NCBI GenBank assembly: GCA_964528675.1
Contig: CAZGTU010000014.1
Span: forward strand, 2,083 to 66,082
Direction: 5' to 3'
Source of the DNA: an uncultured Bacteroidaceae bacterium
GTDB taxonomy: Bacteria > Bacteroidota > Bacteroidia > Bacteroidales > GCA-2748055
DNA length: 64,000 nt
This document shows positions 8,669-19,277 of the stretch, piece by piece (position 1 is the first letter of the stretch; every line of letters starts with the position of its first letter). Position numbers and translations under genes: made by a program. The notes under the pieces were generated by a model. It made no database searches and was not told the origin of the DNA. It saw nothing but the letters and a program-made list of their open reading frames with translations.

Positions 8669-11053
8669 TTACAATTTTACGAGTACATTTACTTTCTTGT
8701 TGTTGCAAAATTCTGCCGGAATAACATTTCCTTCAATATCTTTAGCATTGATTACAATTTTTTCCACTCCCTTGCATTTACCTTTTTCCTTTTGAATAGT
8801 AATATTCATAATGCAATCCCGGAAAACACGTTTTACCTTTAATTCTGTCCAGTCCGATGGTAAACAGGGATCAATTTTCAATCCTTCCCAGGTTGGCCTG
8901 ATGCCCAGAATATACTGGGTAGCCACCACGTACATCCAGGAAGCGGTACCTGAAAGCCAGGAAACATTTGCAAGACCGAATTTATCAGATTCCGGCCCGA
9001 AAAGATTTGAAACATATGCATATGGTTCAGCTTTATATCTCCATGGTCCTGCTTTTTCCATCGCAACTTTCGGTATTAACTGACGATAATATTTCCAGGC
9101 CTGATCACCCCGCCCCAGCATGCATTCGGCAATAATTGCCCATGTGTTGGCATGACAAAATACAGAAGCATTTTCTCCTGTACCCTTGTTGTAATTTGTA
9201 AGCGGATCTTTGGGGTCAGGAAAAGTTGTAATGGATGGATGGATAAGCTTGATCCCCAGGTCAGAACCCAGGTATTTATTAACGATATCCATGGCTTTTC
9301 TTCCTCTTTCTTCTGATGCAAAACCGGATAGAATCGACCAGGATTGGGCATTTAGCCAAATTTTAGCTTCCGGATTGTCTTTCGTGCCCAAATATAGCCC
9401 GCTATCCATTATTGCCCGGCGATACCATTCTCCGTCCCAACCTATAGTATTAACGAGTTCCTTTTGTGTGTTATAAATTGTATCGTAATGCTCAGCATCT
9501 TCCCCTTTGTCTAATAATATTGCCAGTTCTTTTAATTTCGGAAGCACAACCCCTAAAAGCATGGAAGTCCAGAAGCTTTCTCCTTTTCCCTGACGACATA
9601 CCTTGAACATTTGATCATTCCAGTCGGATCGGAGCATCAGGGGCAATCCCCGCTCTCCAATATTATTCATGGTAAAATCAACAGCCTTTTTCAGGTGTTC
9701 ATATACCGTAGCTTTTCCTTCATCATAAAAAGGGATTTCTTCCTTTAAAAAATCCGATTTTCCATCTTCTACTATGGCATTCCAAACTGCAAGGATGGGC
9801 CATAGGTGATCATCAGAATGAATGCTGGTAACCGGATCCCAACCCTCGGCCGGGAAAAAATAATGGTTCACATGACCATCTTTATACTGTTCTTTGAGCA
9901 AAAGGCGGATTTTATCCTTTGCTTTCTCCAGGATCATTGGGGTTTGGGATAAAACGTCCTGGGAGGTATCTCGAAATCCTACTCCCCTGAATGTCCCTGT
10001 GGCATAAAAGCTGATATTTCTGGAAAACTGAAAGTTCCGTTGTGCCTGGTAAGGGTTCCAGATGTTAATTTCCCTCTGAGCATCCATATCGGGCAAATTG
10101 CAGGAAAATCCTGAAAGATATTGATCCCAGTTTTTGGTAAGCTCATTAAATGACCGTTCAATAAAATCAGCTTTTCTGCTGTTACTCAATGATTTTACAA
10201 TGTCTTCTTCTTTTAAGCCAGTACCAAGGAAAACATTAATCGTTTTTTCTTCACCGGCTTGAAGTTTTACCTCCATTTGAAGGGCACCACAGGGATCACC
10301 CCCGAAAAGTGTTGAGTCGGTACAATCTCCGTTATCAAGAACATAAGGATTTGCCTCAGAACGATAAGTGCCGATAAACTCATCCCTGTCGCCATCAAAA
10401 CCTTTTAAGGGGTAATCGGCGGCAAGGTAAACAAGCGGAGTTTCTTCCGGTTTGGGCTGAGTTTCCACCCCATATTTGAATATTAACGCCTCTGTTTCTT
10501 TTTTAAAATCAATATTCATTTGGTGTTTCATGTAACAAACCCAAGATACTTCCCGCAGGTATTCCATCATTCCGAATTCAACAAAAGAAAACAAATCCAG
10601 TTCTTTTTCAGTATCACTATCATTTTTAAGCCGAAGGTTCCATATAAGGGAATTCTCAAAAGGACCTACAAAATACCTGAGATTTGCAAGCAAACCATCT
10701 TTTTTAGCCTCAAAACGGGTGTATCCCATTCCCTGAACCGCCTTCCACTGTTCTGGTTTGTTAAGAACAGGTTCTGATGTCGGAGACCAGTAGCTCCCGT
10801 CTTTCTTATCCCTGATATAAAAATAAAAACCAGACCTGTCAGTAGGTAAATGGTAGAACCTGTACCTGTTTAGTCTCCAGATCTGCGGCGACCTGTAAAA
10901 AGCCAAACCACCACCTGCCTGGGAAAGCATTGTGTGAAATGTCCCGTTGGAAAGATAATTTATCCATGGGGTAGGGGTGTCATATCTTTTTATAATTACC
11001 TCTTTTTTTTCATCATCAAACTCAAAATAACTTTTTATATCGTTTCTATTCAT
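8669..11053 (-). CDS. GH94 disaccharide phosphorylase (cellobiose/chitobiose phosphorylase type)
   Basis: 794 aa. The N-terminus FEFDDEKKEVIIKRYDTPTPWINYLSNG...SQAGGGLAFYRSPQIWRLNRYRF matches the conserved start of GH94 phosphorylases. No signal peptide. Confidence 0.85.
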   Translation of the reverse strand: MNRNDIKSYFEFDDEKKEVIIKRYDTPTPWINYLSNGTFHTMLSQAGGGLAFYRSPQIWRLNRYRFYHLPTDRSGFYFYIRDKKDGSYWSPTSEPVLNKPEQWKAVQGMGYTRFEAKKDGLLANLRYFVGPFENSLIWNLRLKNDSDTEKELDLFSFVEFGMMEYLREVSWVCYMKHQMNIDFKKETEALIFKYGVETQPKPEETPLVYLAADYPLKGFDGDRDEFIGTYRSEANPYVLDNGDCTDSTLFGGDPCGALQMEVKLQAGEEKTINVFLGTGLKEEDIVKSLSNSRKADFIERSFNELTKNWDQYLSGFSCNLPDMDAQREINIWNPYQAQRNFQFSRNISFYATGTFRGVGFRDTSQDVLSQTPMILEKAKDKIRLLLKEQYKDGHVNHYFFPAEGWDPVTSIHSDDHLWPILAVWNAIVEDGKSDFLKEEIPFYDEGKATVYEHLKKAVDFTMNNIGERGLPLMLRSDWNDQMFKVCRQGKGESFWTSMLLGVVLPKLKELAILLDKGEDAEHYDTIYNTQKELVNTIGWDGEWYRRAIMDSGLYLGTKDNPEAKIWLNAQSWSILSGFASEERGRKAMDIVNKYLGSDLGIKLIHPSITTFPDPKDPLTNYNKGTGENASVFCHANTWAIIAECMLGRGDQAWKYYRQLIPKVAMEKAGPWRYKAEPYAYVSNLFGPESDKFGLANVSWLSGTASWMYVVATQYILGIRPTWEGLKIDPCLPSDWTELKVKRVFRDCIMNITIQKEKGKCKGVEKIVINAKDIEGNVIPAEFCNNKKVNVLVKL

Positions 11054-11078
11054 TGTATGGTCATTTTAAAAAAAAAAA

Positions 11079-12440
11079 TTATATAGTATCCGGTTCTTTA
11101 TTCAGAGGGGTAACAATCTCCGGAATTTCAGCAGGGATTTCGGTAAATTCAGGCTCTATATCACCGGCAGTTTTACCCATTTTCCCCAGTTTTGAAACGA
11201 GAAGAGCCGAGATAAGCTGAATAAGAGCAAGAATAATGAAGGTATACCGTAATGCACCCATATCATCAATTAAATATGTAAGAATAAGGAAAACAAATCC
11301 TCCAAATATTCGACCCCCGTTCATGAAATATTCATTATCCATAATGAAAGAATAGCTTTCCTTTTTTTCTTCGTTGGTAGCTTTTTCAATACTGGACAGG
11401 AATGTAGCCCGAAAGGAACTGTGTACCATCGGATCGGCAATAACTTGTCCTATTTTCATGACAATAACACCAAGGAACGATACGGCAAGGAAATCGAATA
11501 GCAATTCATTATTGGTAATGGTAAATGCCAGGAATGTACCTCCAATAATCAGGCTTATAGCTCCGGCCAGCATTATTGTACCCCTGTGTTCCGGTTTTGC
11601 GATTCGACCAACTATATAAATGGAAATCACCGAAACAATGGCGGTAAAAAATTCAATTTTACCCAGCACTGTTTCATCCCCGGCAACATTGAGGATTAGC
11701 AGGGTCATCAAAACCATGAAACCCGCCTCAACCATCCCCACAGTAAAAGTCAGATAACGTTGAAAATTCCAAATTTTCCCAAATTTGAAATATACAAATT
11801 TTTTAATCCGTGGAGTTTTAAAATTACTTTTCAATATTAGAATGCCGGCTAAAAAAGAAATTATTACCATAATAACCGATGTGTATTTGTATGCGGTCAT
11901 TTTAAACTCCTGATCGGGATTACTTCCAAGAATAAAAGTCCCAAACAAAAGGGGAATAAGCGCGTTACAAAAAATAATAATGAATTGCTCAATACTCGCG
12001 AAAAAATTCCTGTTTTCTTCATTTGTGACAAGATAAGTTACAAAATTGCGGCATGACCAGTAAATACCATTTCCCGCCCCAACAGCCAGGCCGTAAAAAA
12101 TTACATAGTATCCGGCATCTTTACCGAAAAACATCAGTAAGCTTAAAGGAATTACGGTCAAGAAAATTCCAATGGTAAAAATCTTACGGATGTCATATTT
12201 ATTTTTTAGTAGCTTTCCATTGATAAAATATCCAACGATAAGACCGAGAAAAAATCCCCAGTTATAAATAATCGCCATGGTATTATTACCATTTGTCACC
12301 CGCATTATAAAGGCTGAACCAAAAATAATTATAAAGGGAAACGCAAGCGCATATATTAAGTTTATAATGATCAGCTTTTTCGCGTCAGCATTAAAAACAT
12401 TAAAAGCGGCAATTTCTTTCCTGATAAGACTTCCGATCAT
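11079..12440 (-). CDS. 12-TM permease, MFS-like, paralog of 16234-17535
   Basis: 453 aa polytopic membrane protein. Shares blocks such as YWSCRNFVTYLVTNEENRNFFASIEQFIII, AKPEHR and IADP with the 16234 protein. Substrate unknown; the GH94/GH3 context suggests an oligosaccharide. Confidence 0.6.
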   Translation of the reverse strand: MIGSLIRKEIAAFNVFNADAKKLIIINLIYALAFPFIIIFGSAFIMRVTNGNNTMAIIYNWGFFLGLIVGYFINGKLLKNKYDIRKIFTIGIFLTVIPLSLLMFFGKDAGYYVIFYGLAVGAGNGIYWSCRNFVTYLVTNEENRNFFASIEQFIIIFCNALIPLLFGTFILGSNPDQEFKMTAYKYTSVIMVIISFLAGILILKSNFKTPRIKKFVYFKFGKIWNFQRYLTFTVGMVEAGFMVLMTLLILNVAGDETVLGKIEFFTAIVSVISIYIVGRIAKPEHRGTIMLAGAISLIIGGTFLAFTITNNELLFDFLAVSFLGVIVMKIGQVIADPMVHSSFRATFLSSIEKATNEEKKESYSFIMDNEYFMNGGRIFGGFVFLILTYLIDDMGALRYTFIILALIQLISALLVSKLGKMGKTAGDIEPEFTEIPAEIPEIVTPLNKEPDTI

Positions 12441-12751
12441 ATTATATAGATTTAAAATTTCAAATGGTATTAAATGACAATTGATGACCTATAAATCATC
12501 AAATCCCGGATGGCTAAAATGCAAATTATTAAATACTCATTCTGTCAAAATAATATCATTTTCTAGTACAAATGATTCAGACTTTCGTTTCACGGGAAAA
12601 AATTAATGATATCAAAAATCGTCTGATATTCTATTCGTGCCTACATGAAAAAACCTGGTTCCCCCCATTTATACATTAAACGGTTTATCCCTCCATAGTT
12701 GATGTTCTTAATCACCAATTTGGAAAAGGCTTATTTTATAGTATAAGATGC

Positions 12752-15103
12752 TTATTGAACTGTAAAAGTCATTTTTTGCAAATCTGTATCCATTGATGAA
12801 GTACCGACACTCACTTCAAATTCACCGGGTTCAACTTTCCGTTTCATTTCCCGGTCATAAAAAGCGAGTTTTTCAGGGGTAATCAGCAGTTCAACTAGTG
12901 TTGAATCTCCGGGTTTAAGAAATACCCTTTGAAAATCTTTCAGCTGTTTCATGGGTTGTGTAACAGTGCTCACCATATCACGGATATATAACTGTACAAC
13001 TTCAGCGCCTTCGAACTGCCCGGTATTTGTCACTCTTACTGAGATTTTTACGGATTCATCAGCCCGGATCGAACCTTTTTCAATTTGTAGATCAGACACG
13101 GAAAATGTTGTATAACTTAAACCAAAACCGAAAGGATAAATAGCTCCACCTGGATTTGACTCAAACATATAATCCCGCATGTAAGCACTGGGTTTTTTAT
13201 TATAATAAGAAGGAATATGTCCTTCCGAGACAGGTATACTTACGGTTAGCTTTCCACCCGGGCAATAATCCCCGAATAGCACGGATGCCAGACCATTTCC
13301 TGTCTCCTGGCCAAGATTCCAGCAGTGAAAGACTGCATCGGATTGTTCATAGATGGAAGGCATTGCGTATATCTTTCCTCCAAATATCGTCAGCACCACG
13401 GGTTTTCCAAGCGAAGTTATCCTGTCTATTAATTCTTTCTGAAGCCCAACAAGTTGCACATTACTGCGATCACGCCCCTCCCGGTCACTATCTCTGTCGG
13501 CACCCACGGCGAGTATAATTATATCGGATTGCCGTGCAACATCTACCGCCTCTTCGATGGCTTTTTTGTCATTTTTTAGTTGTTCCTCATTTTCCTGCAA
13601 CGGGGTGGTAATTTTACAACCTTCGGCATATTCAACCTCAAATTCTTTTCCAGCCCTTTTTTCTATTCCTTCACGCACTGTAACAAAGTACTTAGGATCT
13701 TCGGTGCTGTAATCACCCAGGTTGACTTTGTCAGCATTTGGACCGATAACCGCGATTTTTGAATATTTTTTTCTGGTAAGCGGGAGGGTTTCCTTTTCGT
13801 TCTTTAGCATAATCACCCCCTGTTTTGCAGCTTCCAGGGCGAGTTCCCTGCTTTCTGGCCGATTGGAAATCTCAATGGCTCTTTGCTCCTCAACATATGG
13901 ATTCTCGAATAATCCCAGCCTGAATTTTAGATCCAACACTTCTTTTACCATCTCATCCAGTAATGCTTCTTTTATTTTAGCAGATTTTACAAGATCTACC
14001 AGTGCCGGATAGCATTCCTGTTCTACCATCTCTACATTTACCCCTGCCTTAAAGGCCAATTCAGCTGCTTCTACCGTATCTTTTGCCAGAAAGTGCCTGT
14101 AAAACTCCCACTGCCAGCCCATGGTAAGTAACCTTATAGCAAAATAATCCGATACCACGATACCATTGAATCCCCAGTCTTCCCGTAATATATTCCTCAA
14201 CAGGTAATCATTGGTATGGGTAGGGATTCCGTCGAACTCACCGTATGAAGCCATTACGCTTAATGCACCGGCCCGCTTCACTGCCTGTTCAAATGGATAC
14301 ATGAATATTTCAAGTAGTTCCCTCTCAGAAGCTACTATCGGCGCACAATTTAATCCACCTGTTGTAGTACCATGACCAGGGAAATGTTTAAGAGTTGCAA
14401 TAACATGCTCAGGGTCCGAAATGTTTTGGTTTTCACCCTGCATAGCATTTACAGCATGTACTGCTATTTCACTGGCCAGATAGGGATCCTCACCAAAAGA
14501 TTCGGAAAACCTGCCCCACCTGGGGTCTCTTACCACATCCAATACAGGAGATAATAATTGTGCAACCCCACGCGACCGGGCTTCCAGGGCAATTACAGTA
14601 TAAACCGAATCGATTAATTCAAGGTTGAAAGTACTTGCCAGGGCAGCAGCCTGGGGAAAGCTGGTAGCATTATCATTTACATAACCGTGTAGTCCTTCTC
14701 CATGAATAATAGCAGGAATACCCAGACGAGTATTTTCTTTCAGATGGCGTTGGATCCAATTATGTATTTGCACAGAATGTGCTTCATCTGTGTGAAAATA
14801 ATCTCTTATTTCGCCAATACCATAGATCAAAAGAGAATCGGCTTTCGATGTATCTATTTTATTATTGTTCACAAAAATATCAGCGGTCGTACAATGAGTC
14901 TGTGCAACTTTTTCTTCTAGCGTCATTTGGCTCAGTAAGTCTTCTACTCTTTCTTCTACAGGTAGACCTGAATTTAAATATAAGGGTTCATCTTTTTCAC
15001 TATTACGGCCATAAAAAGATAAAAAGAACACTATACTTACACATAACAAGATCAATATACTCCGGAAATACTTTATAAATCTATTTTTATTTTCTTTTGG
15101 CAT
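12752..15103 (-). CDS. GH3 beta-glucosidase (BglX-like) with C-terminal Fn3-like domain
   Basis: Motifs GIPAIIHGEGLHG, KHFPGHG and GFNGIVVSDY. The track ORF runs to 15202. The internal ATG at 15103 (MPKENKNRFIKYFRSILILLCVSIVFFL) gives a sensible signal anchor. Confidence 0.9.
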   Translation of the reverse strand: MPKENKNRFIKYFRSILILLCVSIVFFLSFYGRNSEKDEPLYLNSGLPVEERVEDLLSQMTLEEKVAQTHCTTADIFVNNNKIDTSKADSLLIYGIGEIRDYFHTDEAHSVQIHNWIQRHLKENTRLGIPAIIHGEGLHGYVNDNATSFPQAAALASTFNLELIDSVYTVIALEARSRGVAQLLSPVLDVVRDPRWGRFSESFGEDPYLASEIAVHAVNAMQGENQNISDPEHVIATLKHFPGHGTTTGGLNCAPIVASERELLEIFMYPFEQAVKRAGALSVMASYGEFDGIPTHTNDYLLRNILREDWGFNGIVVSDYFAIRLLTMGWQWEFYRHFLAKDTVEAAELAFKAGVNVEMVEQECYPALVDLVKSAKIKEALLDEMVKEVLDLKFRLGLFENPYVEEQRAIEISNRPESRELALEAAKQGVIMLKNEKETLPLTRKKYSKIAVIGPNADKVNLGDYSTEDPKYFVTVREGIEKRAGKEFEVEYAEGCKITTPLQENEEQLKNDKKAIEEAVDVARQSDIIILAVGADRDSDREGRDRSNVQLVGLQKELIDRITSLGKPVVLTIFGGKIYAMPSIYEQSDAVFHCWNLGQETGNGLASVLFGDYCPGGKLTVSIPVSEGHIPSYYNKKPSAYMRDYMFESNPGGAIYPFGFGLSYTTFSVSDLQIEKGSIRADESVKISVRVTNTGQFEGAEVVQLYIRDMVSTVTQPMKQLKDFQRVFLKPGDSTLVELLITPEKLAFYDREMKRKVEPGEFEVSVGTSSMDTDLQKMTFTVQ

Positions 15104-15609
15104 ATATTTGATGATTAAAATATTTGACAAAAAAATGGATCTCCCGGCTAATTGATCTATTAAAAAAAGATAAGGTGTTATCAGGAGTAGATATGAAATC
15201 ATTATAACCCGGGAGATCCATAACCAACCAACTACTAACTAAAACTTTCTTCAAAGATGCTGGATTTTTAACTTATAAAATAGTACAATAAACTCATATT
15301 CTATTTCTAATGTTGCATTTCCATACTTTTCCATTAAAACATGGGCAATTGCTATCTTTATCTCCCTGAGCTTTTTTTTGAATTATCTGAATAAAAACGA
15401 TTTGTTTGAAAACCTGCTCACCGGTGGTTCTCATGCACATATTTTACTCAGGCTATGGTGATATTTTTTGCCGTCCGCCATCGAGATTGCTGCTAAATTG
15501 AATCACCTGAAACTATATAATGCATTAATTAAGGAAGTAATGCCGGCTCTGATGAGAAGCTCACACGGCTTATCCTAAAACTCGAACCCACCGATATACC
15601 TCCACGCTT

Positions 15610-15966
15610 TCAAAAATTATCCTTACCAACCTCCTAAAAGAAGATATGGGGTTTAAAGGAACCATAACTACAGATGCCATGGCTATGGGTGGAATTATTT
15701 TACACTTCGAGTTCGGTGATGCACCTTTAAAAGCTTTGAATGCCGGGGCTGATCTTCTTCTCATAAGGGATGAAAGACTCATCATTCATGAGGTTTTTCC
15801 ACAGATTGTTGATGCTGTTAAAAACGGGAAAATTAAAGAATCAAGAATCGAAGATGTCGTGATGAGAACGCTTGGCGTGAAGTATGATTATGTATTTTTT
15901 AATGATGATTCGAAGCTGGGAATTAAGGAACCGGAAAATATGCTTCAAAGAAAATACAAAAGCTAA
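15610..15966 (+). pseudogene. GH3 (NagZ-like) internal fragment
   Basis: SKIILTNLLKEDMGFKGTITTDAMAMGGI...ALNAGADLLL...VKNGKIKESRIEDVVMRTLGVKY aligns with the middle of the intact GH3 at 17610 (LLTRLLKGEMGFDGVIVSDAL...FKAGCDVML...IENGEVSMERLDDAVSRIWELK). The N-terminal catalytic and C-terminal parts are absent. Confidence 0.7.
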
Positions 15967-16097
15967 CGGATAAAAGTATCGCTGAAATTGCCATAGAAGT
16001 GGGCTTTGACAGCCCGAGCAATTATTCCAAGACCTTTCATATTTTAGAAGGAATCACACCACAGATGTACAGGAAAATCTGGATTGGAAATCCGTAA
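15960..16097 (+). pseudogene. C-terminal AraC-type HTH fragment (relic of an AraC or hybrid two-component regulator)
   Basis: My translation KLTDKSIAEIAIEVGFDSPSNYSKTFHILEGITPQMYRKIWIGNP* matches the second HTH of AraC-family proteins (IA..vGF.s.s.Fs..Fk...G.tP..yR). It is in a different frame from the GH3 relic and nothing lies upstream of it. Confidence 0.65.
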
Positions 16098-16233
16098 TTC
16101 TTTGTTTCCTGGTTCTATGAATAACGATGTGAGATATTATTAATACTTTATGAAACAATAATGATGATAAAAAATGCATGTAAAGTCGATATTTGTCCTG
16201 AATTTATCCCGATTAATCACTTAAATATCAATC

Positions 16234-17535
16234 ATGATAAAAGCATTTATCCGGAAGCAGTCATCCGCCTTTGAAAGATTTGACAGTGATGCGAAAGACT
16301 TATTAAGACTTAATCTTATCTATCACCTCGTTTTTCCGATCATCATGACATTCATCCAGGCCTATCTTTGGGGAGCAGAAAGAAATGTCAAAATAAACAT
16401 TATTTACACGCTGGGCGCCTTTGCAGGCAATTACATCGGTTATCTCCTTAATGGATTCTTACTGAGAAAGATGACAATTAAAGTTCTTTTTTACCTGGGA
16501 CTCATATTGAGTGTGTTACCGATGGTACTGATCGTTTACGTGGTTGATATTCAAATGTCCAGTATCATCTGGTACGGCATTGTATTTGGTATTGGAACAG
16601 GGATGTATTATTCATGCCGGAATTTTCTTTCATACCTCGCAACCAATGACGAAAACCGAAACTTTTTTGCCGGCCTGGAACAATTTATTATTATCACGAG
16701 CAATTTTATAACTCCCATGCTATTCGGTTTTATCATCATTGGTTTAGGAGAAAAAACTGGTTGGTACAGTAAAGAAATAGTATATAAGGTAGGTATGGCC
16801 ATCTCATTACTCATGATGTTCTCTACATGGTTTATTATCCGAAGAACCGGTTACAAAAGTCCACCTGTCATGAGATTTTTCTATTTCCGCTTCCACAAGC
16901 TCTGGAATTACCAACGATTGCTTTCTCTCGTGGTGGGTTCCGTGGAAACAGGAATTTACATGCTAATGGCATTGCTTATACTAAACGTGGTGGGAGGGGA
17001 AAGTGCGCTGGGATTAATAGAAAGCATGAGTACCATATTTTCCGCACTTGTGGTGTATATCGTGAGTAAAAAGGCCAAACCGGAACACAGACCGAAAATC
17101 ATGTTAGCCGGGGTTATTTCCATAACAGTTGGCGGGGCGATATTAGGTATCGAGTACTCTATCATCGGAGTTCTGGGGTTGAAAGCTTTTCAGATCATTG
17201 CCGATCCGCTTATTCATAGTGCATACAGGGCTACCTGGTGGTCGGTTATCGAGGCTGTTTCGGCGAGAGAGAAAAAGAGCGAGTATTCATATATGCTGGA
17301 TACAGAGTTGTTTATAAATATTGGTAGGGCAATTGGCGGGGTAACATTACTCATCATGTTGTCGATCGGTGCGTCTATTGATTCTGCACTGCGTTATATT
17401 TTTCTTATTTTGGGGATTATGCAATTTATCTCATACGGGTTGATCAGGTACCTCACGAAAAAAACGGTTGCTTATAATCAGGCCTTTAAGCCTGAATCCA
17501 AGAGTACTCTGGAAGATAATCTTGTTGTTGAGTAG
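16234..17535 (+). CDS. 12-TM permease, MFS-like, paralog of 11079-12440
   Basis: 433 aa. Roughly 40% identity by eye to the 11079 protein over the full length. Confidence 0.6.
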   Translation: MIKAFIRKQSSAFERFDSDAKDLLRLNLIYHLVFPIIMTFIQAYLWGAERNVKINIIYTLGAFAGNYIGYLLNGFLLRKMTIKVLFYLGLILSVLPMVLIVYVVDIQMSSIIWYGIVFGIGTGMYYSCRNFLSYLATNDENRNFFAGLEQFIIITSNFITPMLFGFIIIGLGEKTGWYSKEIVYKVGMAISLLMMFSTWFIIRRTGYKSPPVMRFFYFRFHKLWNYQRLLSLVVGSVETGIYMLMALLILNVVGGESALGLIESMSTIFSALVVYIVSKKAKPEHRPKIMLAGVISITVGGAILGIEYSIIGVLGLKAFQIIADPLIHSAYRATWWSVIEAVSAREKKSEYSYMLDTELFINIGRAIGGVTLLIMLSIGASIDSALRYIFLILGIMQFISYGLIRYLTKKTVAYNQAFKPESKSTLEDNLVVE

Positions 17536-17609
17536 AATGAAACAATTATGATGTTTATATCGGTTTGTATAATAGATATTTGTAAAGCTAATAATTAAAA
17601 AGACAAAAA

Positions 17610-19256
17610 ATGCCAAATATTTTTGAAGACAACGGCTGGAAGATTTTAACCCTTCGGGAAAAGATCGGGCAAACACTTATTCATATGCCCAATCCGGAAG
17701 AAGAAATAAAACTACATGGGAGCCTGGAGAAATTCATGGAAATAAACCCGGTAGGCGGTATGTTTTCATTAAACAGGGATGGTGAAAATTTTACCTACAA
17801 ACTTTTAGAACGATACAAAAAATACCTGAAGGCCTCAAAAATTCCACTTTTCCATATTGACGATATGGAATCGGGCGCCGGATGCAATATTTCTGACTTA
17901 ACTGCCCTCCCTCATGTAATGACACTGGGTGCATCAGATTCTGAAGAGCTGGCATATAATTATGGTAAAGCCACTGCTATTGAAGCACGCTGTGCCGGGG
18001 TTACCTGGGCTTTTGCCAACGTGGTGGATTTACCCCTGAATCCACTTAACCCAACAACTACACATCGGGCCATCTCCGACAACCCGGAGACGGTTGTCCG
18101 ATTGATGTCGCAAGTTGTTAAAGGAATGCAGGACCATGGTCTGGCCGCAACGCTGAAACATTTCCCGGGCGATGGGGTTGATTATCGCGACCAACACCTT
18201 GTAACCTCCTGTAATTCACTTACGATGGAAGAATGGTGGAAATACAGTGGACGTGCGTTCCAGGGTTGTATAGATGCCGGGGTGTATGCAATTATGCCCG
18301 GCCATATCTCCCTTCCTGCTTACCAAAAGGAAAAAGTTGATGGCCTGTATCCACCCGCTACTCTTTCCTACGGATTATTAACCAGGCTGCTGAAGGGTGA
18401 GATGGGATTTGATGGAGTCATCGTGTCTGATGCACTGGTGATGTCTGGCTTTAAAGGTTATTATCCTGATGAACAAGCAGACATAGAGGCATTTAAAGCT
18501 GGATGTGACGTGATGCTATGGACCACGCCCAACTACATCAACAACATGGAAAAGGCAATTGAAAACGGGGAAGTATCCATGGAAAGATTAGATGACGCTG
18601 TCAGCAGGATTTGGGAACTCAAAAGAAAGCTGGGTCTTTTCGAGGACGGATTTCCCGACATGGAAGCGCTTACACCTGAGATTACAGATTTTGCAAGAAA
18701 CACAGCAACAGAACTGGCAGAAAAAAGCATAACCCTGCTTAGAGACCAGAAGAACCTTTTGCCTATCAACAAGGAAAAACAGAAGAAGATATTGCTTGTG
18801 GGTGTGGCAACCTACCAGCGTAAATTTGAAGACCTTATTGTTTTCAAAGAAGAACTTGAAAAAAGGGGCGCCGAGGTAACTTTCCAAAAAAATCTGCGTT
18901 TCGAAACGGATTTAAAATACAAGGATACCGTATCGGAAAAGTACGACCTGATTATTTTTGCCATTCACCGCCATGCCCATCATCCCATCGGCCCCATGAG
19001 CTTTACCGGTGAGGAGGCCGAATCGATGTGGGCGGTGAATAGTGTTGACAGGCACAAAACCATAGTTGTTTCTTTGGGCAATCCCCATTTCTTTAACGAG
19101 TACTTCGAGGCTGTTCACGTGTACATCAATGCATACTCCTATGTCGACTTCTCACAAAAAGCACTCGTGAAAGCCCTGTATGGAGAAATTCCATTCAGCG
19201 GTAAATCGCCCGTGAATCTTTCGGTAGAAAAAGTAAAGAGAACAATTAATATTTAA
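17610..19256 (+). CDS. GH3 family glycosidase (NagZ/beta-glucosidase-like, short form)
   Basis: 548 aa. Motifs KHFPGDGVDYRDQH and GFDGVIVSDAL. No obvious signal peptide. Confidence 0.8.
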   Translation: MPNIFEDNGWKILTLREKIGQTLIHMPNPEEEIKLHGSLEKFMEINPVGGMFSLNRDGENFTYKLLERYKKYLKASKIPLFHIDDMESGAGCNISDLTALPHVMTLGASDSEELAYNYGKATAIEARCAGVTWAFANVVDLPLNPLNPTTTHRAISDNPETVVRLMSQVVKGMQDHGLAATLKHFPGDGVDYRDQHLVTSCNSLTMEEWWKYSGRAFQGCIDAGVYAIMPGHISLPAYQKEKVDGLYPPATLSYGLLTRLLKGEMGFDGVIVSDALVMSGFKGYYPDEQADIEAFKAGCDVMLWTTPNYINNMEKAIENGEVSMERLDDAVSRIWELKRKLGLFEDGFPDMEALTPEITDFARNTATELAEKSITLLRDQKNLLPINKEKQKKILLVGVATYQRKFEDLIVFKEELEKRGAEVTFQKNLRFETDLKYKDTVSEKYDLIIFAIHRHAHHPIGPMSFTGEEAESMWAVNSVDRHKTIVVSLGNPHFFNEYFEAVHVYINAYSYVDFSQKALVKALYGEIPFSGKSPVNLSVEKVKRTINI

Positions 19257-19277
19257 TTTTAGAAAAAAACAAATTGC

